A DNA stretch of 32,000 nucleotides from Bigelowiella natans nucleomorph (taxonomy: Eukaryota > Protista > Cercozoa). The notes below the pieces were generated by a model. The model saw only the letters and a program-made list of their open reading frames with translations. It searched no databases and was not told the DNA's origin. The stretch is taken from NCBI GenBank assembly GCA_000002455.1, contig DQ158858.1:60001-92000 (forward strand), given 5' to 3'. Both the position numbers and the translations under genes were made by a program. Below, piece by piece: positions 1-10,280 of the stretch (its first letter is position 1; each line of letters opens with the position of its first letter).

Positions 1-757
1 GTCTACAAATTCTTCCGTTATAAAAATTAGAATAGTGATTCTCATTGGAAATTTGACCCGATAATTTCTTATTATCCAAAATGCTACATAGTAAAACTTC
101 AGAAAAAATTTCAATATCATAATCTCTTGAACCAAAAATAAAAATTATCCCTTTTGACCGCGATAGAAAAATTTTAGTTATAAAATTTTCGCTATTTTTT
201 TTCGATATTTTAATCAAAATATAAGTTTTTGATGCGTTAGATTTGTGAGACTTTTTTTTTATGAGAAAAATATGATTTTTCTTAATAGTATTAGATATTC
301 TAATTACTTTACTCTTTCCTTTAGAAACAAAGTATCCTGTTTTAAATACTTTTTTCTCAGAAAGTTGAACATTTCTAGTAATGATTTGTGAATGCACATT
401 ACATCTAATGGATCCTAACATCATCGGTAGACTTGTTGTACATTGTATTTTAGATTTTTTAATATGGTTTATTGAAATAGAACAAAGAGAATAATAAAGA
501 TAAGAATCATAAGTTGACATTATGTCTTTACAATACTGCTCATATAACGTTAGCTCTCGGTTAAGGCTTTTTAAAAAAAATTTGGGAAAAGAAATAAAAG
601 GCTTTTTTATATTACAAAAAACTATATTGTCAGACTTAAAGTTTAAAAAAAAGTTAGATGCTAATAAAATAAAGCTTATTCTTATTTTATTGTTTAAAAA
701 ATTATCGAACGACTTTTTATGAAGATCTTGACAAAAATAAAAAGTTATATTAGCCAT
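1..757 (-). CDS. rpa2: RNA polymerase I second-largest subunit, 5' part (runs off window)
   Basis: Open frame from ATG 757: LHKKSFDNF...YCKDIMSTY...LPMMLGSIRC...TGYFVSKGKSKVIRISNTIKKN matches polymerase beta-type motifs (HxxSFN, ECR..TY, IPIMxxSxxC, GGYFIxNGxEKxIR). The K(V/L)IR..(K/R)(K/R)N segment favours RPA2. Confidence 0.75.
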   Translation of the reverse strand, partial: MANITFYFCQDLHKKSFDNFLNNKIRISFILLASNFFLNFKSDNIVFCNIKKPFISFPKFFLKSLNRELTLYEQYCKDIMSTYDSYLYYSLCSISINHIKKSKIQCTTSLPMMLGSIRCNVHSQIITRNVQLSEKKVFKTGYFVSKGKSKVIRISNTIKKNHIFLIKKKSHKSNASKTYILIKISKKNSENFITKIFLSRSKGIIFIFGSRDYDIEIFSEVLLCSILDNKKLSGQISNENHYSNFYNGRICR

Positions 758-843
758 TTATTAATTTTTTAAAATAAACTACAACTTCTTTTACTTTTCA
801 ATTTGGTTTATAAAAAATAATGATACCAGCATATTTTTACTAC

Positions 844-1489
844 TTAAGTTTGAGGTTTTTTATTCTTTAGTTTATAATATTTTGAAACCATAGTTGGTAT
901 GCTGTTAATTATCGCTCCATAATAGTTATTTAAATAAATTTCAAAAAAAGGAAACGCTTTTACTTCGAAATTTTTAGGAATCTTTGATGATAGTAATACT
1001 TGAAAAAGCTCATTTTTTTTAAGAAAATTCAAATAAACAAAAAAAATCTGTTTCGTATATTTTATATGAGGTAAACAGTAAGGATATAATTTACTTTCGA
1101 ATCCTTGTCTTAAAAAAATAGATACTAATCTTGAGCTTATAGTAATAAATATACTTCATAGATTTAGTAAAAAGATTTTTAGACACATTATTGACATTCT
1201 CTAGGTTTACCTTTTTCAGATGATCTGATTTAAATTTTAACAATTTATCGATGTCGATGATGTCAAACTTGTCATTAAAAGATCTAAATAATAGAACATA
1301 CGGGTGCTTATGCTTCGTAACAATAACTATAGATTTTCTTGAAGCAAAAGATCCAAATTTTAAAAATCTATCTTAAATAAATTACTTATATTTTAACCTT
1401 TGTAATTTATGTCTCATTTTTCTATCTTTCCGTTTTACTGCTTTGCTTGTATAGAATTTATAGTTTTCAATGGGATAAAACAACCTCAT
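844..1489 (-). CDS. cpsf5: Cleavage factor Im 25 kDa subunit (CFIm25/NUDT21), 3 tiny introns
   Basis: Spliced product MRLFYPIENYKF...KHPYVLLF...LRQGFESKLYPYCLPHI...IPKNFEVKAFPFFEIY...YGAIINSIP follows NUDT21 (LYPLTNYTF, HRLPHVLLL, WRPNFE..YPY.PAHI, VPKNYKL.AAPLFELY, YGPIISSLP). Confidence 0.9.
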
Positions 1490-1541
1490 TCAAACTTGCT
1501 TTAATTGCTTTTTCTCATTAATTATAATATTAATATTAATT

Positions 1542-1865
1542 ATGTTCTGTAAAACTTGTAACAATCTCCTATCCATTTCATTGCTAAAAAAATGTCATAT
1601 TACATGCTTTTTCTGCGGAATTCAATCAAGAATAGTAGCTAAAAAGAATATAATATTAGAAAAATCTTACATTTCCCAAAATCACAATATTCGTAACTTA
1701 CACACTGAAAATAAGTCTATTATTAGTAGTAATCAAAAATGTTCATTTTGTGATGGGAAAATTTTCATTGTAAATGAAAATATTTTGCCTAGTAATCGAA
1801 TAATAGTATTAAAATGCGCTAGCTGTAAAATTTATTTATGTCAAAAAGTAGGTTTAACTAAATAA
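1542..1865 (+). CDS. Double zinc-ribbon RNA polymerase subunit (A12.2/C11/Rpb9 family)
   Basis: MFCxxCxNLL start and four CxxC pairs with family spacing in 107 aa. The paralog cannot be resolved. Confidence 0.7.
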   Translation: MFCKTCNNLLSISLLKKCHITCFFCGIQSRIVAKKNIILEKSYISQNHNIRNLHTENKSIISSNQKCSFCDGKIFIVNENILPSNRIIVLKCASCKIYLCQKVGLTK

Positions 1866-1895
1866 TTAATATTGAATAAATGCAGACTTTGACAT

Positions 1896-2201
1896 ATGTT
1901 AGAAAATTATCAGAAATTAAAAATTAAAAAACTGAAAAATCAAAAACGTAAGATAAAAAAATATATCTTATCAAAAATCCAAAGAACTAAATTCAATAAT
2001 ATAAAATATGTAATTTCTCCTTTTTTAAATAAATTAGTTCACTCTAGAGTTTTAAATTAAGTAATAGAAAAAAAATGTATCACAGTGCCTCTTAATCAAT
2101 GATCGAATAAAAGTAAACAGAATGCTTGCCTGGAAAGTTATTACGTTTTTATTTAGAAAATTAATAGTATAGAAATTAGAGGATTAAGTAACAAAAAATA
2201 A
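1896..2201 (+). CDS. rps25: 40S ribosomal protein eS25, 2 introns (2049-2067, 2137-2156)
   Basis: Spliced SKIQRTKFNN...INDRIKVNRMLAWKKINSIEIRGL resembles eS25 SKGKVRDKLNN...VSERLKIRGSLARAAL..L..KGL. Absent from the ORF track. Confidence 0.7.
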
Positions 2202-2204
2202 ATA

Positions 2205-2682
2205 TTATTTAAAGGCCTTTACAATAATTGTTATTGAGCATTGTTGATGAATAATATTATTAGCTCTACCATAAGCTCGGTAAATTTTTCGTAAATATTT
2301 TTTGCCACGATTTATAATGATACTATCAATATAATATGCATCCAAAACAACTCTCTCATCTATTTTATTGTGGAGACAATTTTTTAACTCATTTATCATA
2401 TTCTTTATAGCTTTAAGGAAAACTAAAGAACTTTTTTTAGGAAAGCATGAGTTTGACTTTTTCAATTGACTTGATACGACAGCATTTTTCTTTTTTGAGT
2501 TTTTCCGGTTTGATAAACTTATTTTATTTAACAATATTTCATTTAACAATTGAATCGATTTTTTTAGACTTTTATTTTTTATTTGCTTTGTTAAACTAAC
2601 GCTTTTTTTACAACTGATATTTAATTTATTTATAGTATACTATTTTATTGATTATTACTTTTAAAGATTTTAATTCAGACAT
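2205..2682 (-). CDS. rpl17: 60S ribosomal protein uL22 (L17), one 19-nt intron near the 5' end
   Basis: FPKKSS..L, YRAYGRAN....CSI motifs. ATG 2682 is joined in frame via intron gtaataatcaataaaatag. Confidence 0.9.
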
Positions 2683-2727
2683 CAATTTATTGATACAGGT
2701 TTTAGTTATAATATTATAGTATAGCTA

Positions 2728-3390
2728 TTAACGGAACAGGCTCGCATTCTTCTCTAAGTCGAGTTTTTTTTTTATAGCATAACTAAGTTAAAACTTAAAA
2801 CCTTGTATTAGAATTTCTTGCAGCGTTCAAAATTTCATCATGAAGTGCTATCGAGATGCTTTTTGGATTTTTAAAAGCAGCTTTCTTAGTCCCTACTGCA
2901 ATAAAATAAATAGCTTGACTTATTTTCCTATAGGGTGATACATCTACGGCTTCTCGCTTTTTTTGTCCACTATTTGATAACATCAAAGAGTCTTCATGAG
3001 GTGCACTGAAATAAAATATTCAACCAGTTCGATATAGCATCAACTAACAACTGAATAGGATTCTTGCCCGTGGTTTTATGTAAAAGATAAAACGCATGCT
3101 TAACAATGGCAATCTAATGTTAATTGTTTTACTGTCTTAATTTTTTTTCCCGAATTTCTACTTTTTAACATCAAAGAACAAACAAGCCTATAAATAATTA
3201 ATTAAACCTCTCTAAAATAGGGCAGTAAGTTTTCTTAAAAGGTTTCTTATCATAATTACCAGAGCTATGTGGTACTAATTCACCATATTTTTTATTGAAA
3301 TATATATAATTTGATATAGATATATCATTAATCTATAATTATAGTAAATACTTTGACTTTTTCTAACTCCCAACGATTAAACACTTTCAT
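2728..3390 (-). CDS. rps5: 40S ribosomal protein uS7 (S5), several tiny introns
   Basis: MKVFNRW, VPHSSGNY..KPFKKTYCPILER, PIQLLVDAISNCAPHEDS, REAVDVSPYRK, LHDEILNAARNS. Confidence 0.95.
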
Positions 3391-3552
3391 TTTTAATTTA
3401 TTAGTTTCAAGGTTTTTAATTTCAGTTAGACTAATTTTAGTCAGCATTTTTAATTGTGCCTTAAATGTTTATACTCGATTGCTTTTTCTTGGAATATATC
3501 TACTATAGTACAAGACAATTACTTATTATATAAATTTATTTTAATGAGATAC

Positions 3553-4229
3553 TTAAATCCTCTTTATAATTTTTCTCAATAGTAAATCCGAACTCTTGTT
3601 TATGAGGATATTTTTTTTTATATACCACCTTATGTGCAAAATCAAATACTTAGGAATCATATCACAGAGCTTTAGCAGAAGGATACGAGTCAAGTAAGAA
3701 TATGATGATCCAAACTCGTGCATCAATAAATAAACCAATAAAGAAACAAAAGTACTAGGCTTCTTGGTAATAGAATGTACTAAATATTTTGTACTTATAC
3801 ATTTTTTCGTAGATAGCTTAGTTTTTAAATAAAAAGGAATTATAATACCCTAACAAAAAAATTATATACCTTTATCAAATAACTTTGATTTAATTCTCTA
3901 GTAAAATTAATACATGATTTGTTAGTCAAAAAATAACAAATATCAGTGAAATTGTTAGATGTTATTGAACAAAATAGCTTGTATACTAACAAAAAAGTTA
4001 TTCTATGATGCCCTTTCTTAGAGTAAAAAGTTATTAATCGTAGAATAAATGCCTTATTTTCAACAGTATAACAAATATATTTTAATGCATACTTAGCACA
4101 CTTGAAATAGGGAATACAAGAAAGTATTTTTGGAATCTATAAAATTTTTTTTACTTTTTGATTTTTTTGTATTTTTAGATATAAAGTTAATTTTTTTAGA
4201 AACAATTCAAATCTACTTTTATAATCCAT
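3553..4229 (-). CDS. enp1: Bystin/Enp1 40S biogenesis factor (divergent; 3' end uncertain)
   Basis: Spliced KIPKILSCIP, IKGIIIPF and HEFGSSYSYLTRILLLK parallel bystin KLPKAFKIIP, FKGILIPL and MEYSGANSIFLRLLLDK, in order. Confidence 0.7.
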
Positions 4230-4417
4230 AATTTTACTCAAAAACGAATTAAAGTTATAGTTTATTTTAAACTTTCCTATATTTCAAGTCAGTCTTATTG
4301 ATGATTGAATATAAGCTTAAAGATAAAAGATTAATTATTACAAAGCACATAAAATAATAGTGCTGGTAATAGAAACTCTACATTTTCAATTGTTATAATT
4401 TAATCTCGATAATATCG

Positions 4418-5381
4418 ATGAATACGCCTACTTTCTCGAAATTAAAGCCGATAAAAAAAATTTTTCTTGAGCATAGAATTCTGAGAGTTTTTACGGATAT
4501 AAAAAAACTAAAAAAATTATTAATAATTTCCTCAAATTCAATTCTTACCCTTTTTGATATAAATAGTTTTTCAAACAGTCAAGATCTTCGTATTAATAAT
4601 TCTAATGTTATTGATGCTGATTATTTATCAGAATACTGTCTATTGGCATCAATAGACGAAACTCATAATATTAATATTAACAAAATAACCATGAATTATT
4701 TTGGTAATAAATTTAAAACTCGTTGTAAACATAATTTCAAAACTAATCATTTAGATTGCCGTATACTTTTTACTGGAAATAGAAGTCAGGTATTACTGTT
4801 AAGTAATAAAATAGAATTATGGAACCTATGTCACAAACGATGTGAAAAAAGCTATATATTTAGTTATAATGAAAAAATTAAAAATCTTGCTCTTAATAAT
4901 GTAAAGAAGAAGTAATAGAATAATAACATTTTTATAGCTAAAACAAATTCTACATTGTATTTTTTTCATAAAGATTATCCTGATTTTATTAGTAAACTAA
5001 ATTTCAGGTCAACAGTTAACCAAGTAAAATGGATCACTCCCTCAAAGTTTTGTCTGACAACGCCAAATTCTTCTATTTACTTCTACGATTTGAAGAATCT
5101 AAAACTACCTATAAAAGTATTAAAGTTTAAAGTATAAGAAAGCTACATAGAAAATGAATAAAATACTAAGCTTCGATATAGATTATAAGAATAAAAATAT
5201 TATTGCTCTTGACAATAGAAGTAAAGTTACTTATTATAACATGAAAACACGTTCTCAGTTGAAATATAGTACAAAATTAATAAATATGCCCTTATATAAC
5301 ATTTTTTTTATCAATCAAGGGCTCCATTTTATCACTATCAGTGAACCAAAATCTTTTACAATCTGGAACTTTCAAAAGTAA
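4418..5381 (+). CDS. sof1: WD40 protein, probably Sof1/DCAF13; introns 4901-4918 and 5132-5150
   Basis: Three ORFs are joined in frame by 18- and 19-nt introns. VNQVKW...SIYFYDLKNLKLPIKV...ILSFDID resembles Sof1 TNTICW...NLYTFDMRAL..P..V...VLDVDY. Confidence 0.6.
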
Positions 5382-5387
5382 AACACT

Positions 5388-5783
5388 CTATCCTTTTATT
5401 CTGTTTGCAAGTTTTATATCTTTCAACACTATTTAATATAGTAATACTAACTGTTAGTCTTTTTCCATGACTAGCACACGTATTTAATTCAGATAAAAAA
5501 TTCAGTAAATAATATTCAGTTATCTTAAAAAGATATATTAACTTCTTGCATTATAAATAAAGAATTGGAATTCCAACTAAATTTCTGCTTAGTTATTTTA
5601 TTTGTAATTTTTTTGAGCTTTAATATAAATATTTACTAATCTGAAAAATGGTATTCTTTGCATAATTAAATAAGTTGATCTTTGATATTTACGTATTTCT
5701 AGAAGTGTGAGAGCACTCGGTTTAAATCGCTTTTTCTTAAAGTGCTCTTTGCTTTCTGTACAATATTTTTTATCGTCACTCAT
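5388..5783 (-). CDS. Histone H3 variant, CenH3/CENP-A-like, 3 introns; the start may lie further upstream
   Basis: [29 protein letters not shown]|[25 protein letters not shown]|...[23 protein letters not shown] is an H3 fold with a non-H3 tail, W in place of canonical F84 and no Q68. Confidence 0.8.
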
Positions 5784-5841
5784 TGCCTTTATTATGAGTA
5801 GTTAACTTATCTTAAAGCTATACGGTATTGCTGGGGTTCTT

Positions 5842-6503
5842 ATGCACTTTTTAATAGAAAATGGTATATAGAAACATAATTAGGTTTAGTGAGATTCATT
5901 GTCACAAAATATAATTTCTCTAAATCTAACTTATATCGTTTAGCTTTACTAAAAAAATGTTTTCTACAAAATAAAGAGCTATTCAATGATAGTAAAATAA
6001 TTACAAAGTTTCTTAATCATTTAAATTATATTATATTAACAATTTTAACATTCATACAACAAATTACCATAACCTTTGAGGACGAAAACTCAAATTTTAT
6101 AGTTTTAAGAAGTTTTAGCAGAAAATTAGTAAATAAATTTAAACTAGAGACATCAAAACTTATTTTTTGCCAAAATTTTAGCTGATATAATGATTCGTTT
6201 TTTACTTAAAGTTAGAATATTTATTCTAGAATTGGAAAATAGCTATAGCTAATAGATATCATCAATATTACAATCTATATTTACTAAAACCTAAATATGT
6301 TCATTCAAGCTTTTCGCTTTATATGAATTATCAAATAAATAAATGGGGTATAATAGTGTCTAATATGCGTTTATTGCAAAAAGTAAAAATAATTAATCAA
6401 GATTAAAAAAATCCTAATTCTGAAAGCACTACTAATAAACAAAAAAAAGACTAAAAGTAATCTAACATTCTTATTAATTAGGATGAGTAAAAATATCAAA
6501 TGA
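5842..6503 (+). CDS. Hypothetical protein (~195 aa), 4 predicted tiny introns
   Basis: Continuous frame from ATG 5842 to TGA 6503 using 19-20 nt GT-AG introns (first 5864-5883). No family recognised. Confidence 0.5.
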
Positions 6504-6524
6504 CTAGCAATATTTAAACTACGA

Positions 6525-7175
6525 CTAGTGTACATCCTTCAATAATTTTCCAATTTGCGTCTGGATTTGTACAGGATTTTTAAATTTAGAATTATGCATT
6601 AATTTTCTATAAAAGAATAACTACCTAAATAAATTAAAATTTTTATAAGTCGAAATAATGTATATAGAATTACAATAAATTTTGATTCTGATATTTAAAG
6701 AATTTTCTATAATTGTTTTTATTATGCCATTCTAAGCCTCTTTGTTTTACCTTTCCTATTAAATTCATAATTAAGAATTTTCGTCTATACTTTTTATCCA
6801 CCTAATAATATTATATTTTACCAAATTTTCTAAAGACACTTTAATGAATAGAATTCTATCAGATAGTAATAATACTGAAGAGTCTTTAACTGAAAATCCT
6901 TAATAATAATCATGCTACCTACACATAATGCATCAAAAAAAGTTTCAAAATTTTTACTGTATACACTAAGTTTAGTATCACATAATATCTCAATCTTTTC
7001 CTGAGAACAATACTTTTTTTTTTTTCAAATTCATTGATATATATGATTTTAAAACATTTCTGAAAATAAAGTATATATTGTACCAAATCTTTTTTAATTT
7101 TTTTATTTTATTTTTATCAACAGCTATCTTTGACTTTTTTTTTACATTGATAAAGCATTCGAACTTTGAATTCAT
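6525..7175 (-). CDS. pno1: Pno1/Dim2 KH-domain 40S maturation factor, 5 introns
   Basis: Spliced KLKKIW.NI...MNLKKKKIEI...FFDALCVGFSVKDS..LL...LIGKNGIIKTIIENSLNIRI follows Pno1 PLKENWMKI...FNLKSRNVEI...FVKAFILGFQVEDA...IAGKGGKTKFTIENVTRTRI. Confidence 0.85.
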
Positions 7176-7223
7176 TAAGGAACAAATACTAATAAAGATT
7201 GTAGGACCTGGTCACAGAATGAA

Positions 7224-8273
7224 ATGGTGATCAATTCTATAACTTATGATTCTCTAACAAATACAATTATTAGAAATCTAAAACGAAAAACTCCCAGTAA
7301 ATGTAAATCTACATGGAATATTAAAAGAGTTGTTAAATTTTACCAAAAAAAGATTAATATTTTTACAATTTTAATCTCTAATTATTTAAAGAATTTTTCA
7401 CGAAAAATACCTGATCTACTTGAATTAAATAACTTAGAACTAGATTTAATTCATCTAATGATTGATAAAAATAAACTTTTCACAGCTTTAAAAATAGTAC
7501 AAAATTTTAATCAAAAAATAGAATTATTAAAAAAAGGTTCCTTGTTAATAAAAAGATTTTTATTCTATCGTGTCTTGCTCAACCTCACAATATAGAGCTA
7601 GATCGATAAAAAAAGCATATCTCGTATTTTTTTTTATTTTAGGGTATAGTTTTAAATAAGCTAAAACAAAACATAGTAATACTTCAATATTTATCTAAAG
7701 CCTTTGTAGCAGTTCAAACATTACTCGACTTAAGAATAACGTCAAATCTTCAAGTGATTTTTCTACCTAAAACTCGAAAATACATGTTCCTAGATAACTT
7801 GTTCAGTAATGAAATCATAAGATCAAAATTTTATTTTAAACAAAAGTTATTAAAAAACTTATTTCACTATAATTTAAAAGGAAAAATTATTACCTGTTAC
7901 TTTACGGATTTTAATAACTTCAATCACAAAAATAAAATGCTATCAGACATTTTGGTAATATTAAATTAGAAAGATAATGATATTTGCAATACACCTCAAA
8001 AGTAACTTAACTTTTTTCATAAATATAAATACCGAAATGAAGATGTTAGTAGACAACTTATATCGTATAGAGAAATTAAGAAAATTCTACTATAGACTGA
8101 AATTGATATTCGTTATAACAGGTTTTAGACAATGTAGTTTTAAGACATTAGATAAAAAAATTTTTGTAATTCATAAATTTTTACAAAAACGACATTTTAT
8201 CGATTCTCAACAAGATACATCTCAAACTACCATAAAGGAACTTTTTAAATATTATTTCGTATTTAATAAATAA
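7224..8273 (+). CDS. nog1: Nog1-like 60S biogenesis factor with degenerate GTPase domain, multi-exon
   Basis: KRKTPSK...WNIKRVVKFYQKKI...DLIHLMIDK..L..AL matches the Nog1 N-terminal helical domain (QRKTPTV...IHRIR.FYMRKV...DLMNILYDK.HYKLAL). Confidence 0.75.
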
Positions 8274-8299
8274 TCAAACACTTTATAAAAGGCTATGCA

Positions 8300-9355
8300 A
8301 TTAGTTTCATAATAAATTTTTTAAAATAGATTTATTCTTGATAGGTGTTTAATGAACGGATTTTTTGCTAACAAATTGTCACTATCTAATTTATGAGCAG
8401 TCTATTTTTGTTAATAGTACTTCAATATTTTTAATCTTACTAAGTAATAACTGTTTGAAGAAAAAATACAATTGCCATTTAGTAATTCTTTTTCTTAAAA
8501 TATTTTGTAGAATATACTTATACATAGATTCTTTTTTTTTCTATAAATAAAATAATAACTTTTATAGTTAACTGCCTAAAGTTAAGAAAATAGTTAACCC
8601 TTTTCTTCAATGTAATAGTTGACTGGTTCGTCTTTCTCTTTCTCAGTAAATAATTCACATAATATAAGAATAATCTGGAGTTATCTCTCAATTTACTCTT
8701 ATTTTTATAATATGAGATTAATATTTTAAGGAAAAAATAAAAATGAGAATTCTTTTCATAGTTCATAACTAAATTAGACTCATTAAATTTAAATGATTTG
8801 TTATCTAACCATTTTTGTGCATTCAAGGAGTTCTCAATAAATTTATAAGTGGCATTTCGAGAAATAGTATATTGAAAAAGGTCATTGTAAAATTTTTTCT
8901 TGTGGTATTCTAGTAATGCTATAGGTACCTTTTTGTTGTTTATCATTAAGAAAGCTCTCAATTTTATCAGCTTTCATATGACACGTTCTAGTTTTAAAAA
9001 TATTTCGAAGCATTTTTATATAATAATAAAATTTTAATTCATTAATTTCTAGATATGAATGCGTTTTTAAAATAAACAAAGAATCAAAATTTATAGAAAC
9101 TCTTAAAAAATTGGAGTATAATTGAAAAATTTTAGTATGAAATGTTTTTATATTTAAAAAAATACTTAAACTATTCTGAAATTGACGTAATTCTAACAAA
9201 AAATATACCAAGGACATGTTCTTATTAATTTTTAATAAATAATAATAAAAATTATTATCTAGATCAAATAATTTTAGAGGTAAGATACTTTTATGAAATT
9301 TAAGATCTACTTTTACTTTATTAGGAAGAGATATTTTTTTTAGTGCTAGTTTCAT
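8300..9355 (-). CDS. Hypothetical protein, multi-exon (3' end uncertain)
   Basis: ORFs 8882-9355 and 8518-8961 are joined in frame by the 19-nt intron gtacctatagcattactag, with a further intron at ~8541-8559. No family recognised. Confidence 0.5.
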
Positions 9356-9429
9356 AATTTAAAATTAAACTAAAAATAATGATTGCCCTAAATCTAAATT
9401 TTGCTTAATTCAAGGTTTAATTAAAAATT

Positions 9430-10226
9430 CTACTTATTAAAATTAGTTACATTGCGAAGAGCATTACTGGTATTAGAACCGTTAAAAGGTAGTGCCTTTT
9501 TATTACTGAAAGATTTTTTCAACTTTCTGAATTTTCTTATCGAATTAAAATTGTCTTTCCGATGAAAACGAAAATAATTAGACTTTTTTGTAAAATATGA
9601 AAGAATAGGATTACATTTTAATATCAAGTTCATTTCCTGATTTGTAATCTCTGTATTGCTATACTTGATCTTCAAAAAATAAAAAAGAAGAGTTTTAAAC
9701 TTTAGTTTACTGTATGTTTTAAATAAAGTTTTAAGTTTTGTAACTCTTTTAGCCAGCTTTTGCTCTTTACTTGGAAAAACACTAGACTCTTTAACATTAT
9801 CTTTTAAAGAAATTGAATACTTGGAAGTTTCACTAAATTAATACTAGAAATTTCACTAGAAAGGATTCCTCCTCTAACTGTTCGTTTTTTTGTCAAGTTT
9901 TTACGCTTAAAATGGCTTCTGTTTCCAAGAGAACCTTTTTTAACATTAATTTTCAATCTTTCAAATGTATTAAGATTTTTCTTTAATAAAAATCCTTGCT
10001 TATCATGCCCTCCGTTTATAAGAAACTCATTTCTACTAAAATCCTAATATTAGTTCAAAAACCTCTCCAAGTATTGATCCTTCTATTGTATCACCTATTT
10101 TTCTACCAATTATATGCCTTTATAAAACAAATTTACTCTATAAATTCATCATCTCTTTTAATACTATATTGAGTTCCTAGAATTGGATCTGCTATATTTA
10201 TCTGATTAAAAATTAATAACTTTCAT
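9430..10226 (-). CDS. rps6: 40S ribosomal protein eS6, multi-exon
   Basis: MK|INIADP..GTQ, INGGHDKQGF, KRTVRGGIL match eS6 MKLNIS.P.TGCQ, ISGGNDKQGF, KRKSVRGCIV. Confidence 0.9.
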
Positions 10227-10280
10227 TACAAACTTATTAGTTTACTACTAGTTATATTTAGTTCCAAACAACCAGCATAT

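Noticed and set aside
522-722. Plus-strand ORF, and likewise 8365-8550 (+), 17098-17376 (-), 17510-17725 (-) and 28789-28995 (-)
   Set aside because: These are antisense shadows of rpa2, the orphan gene, eif2G and hsp70.
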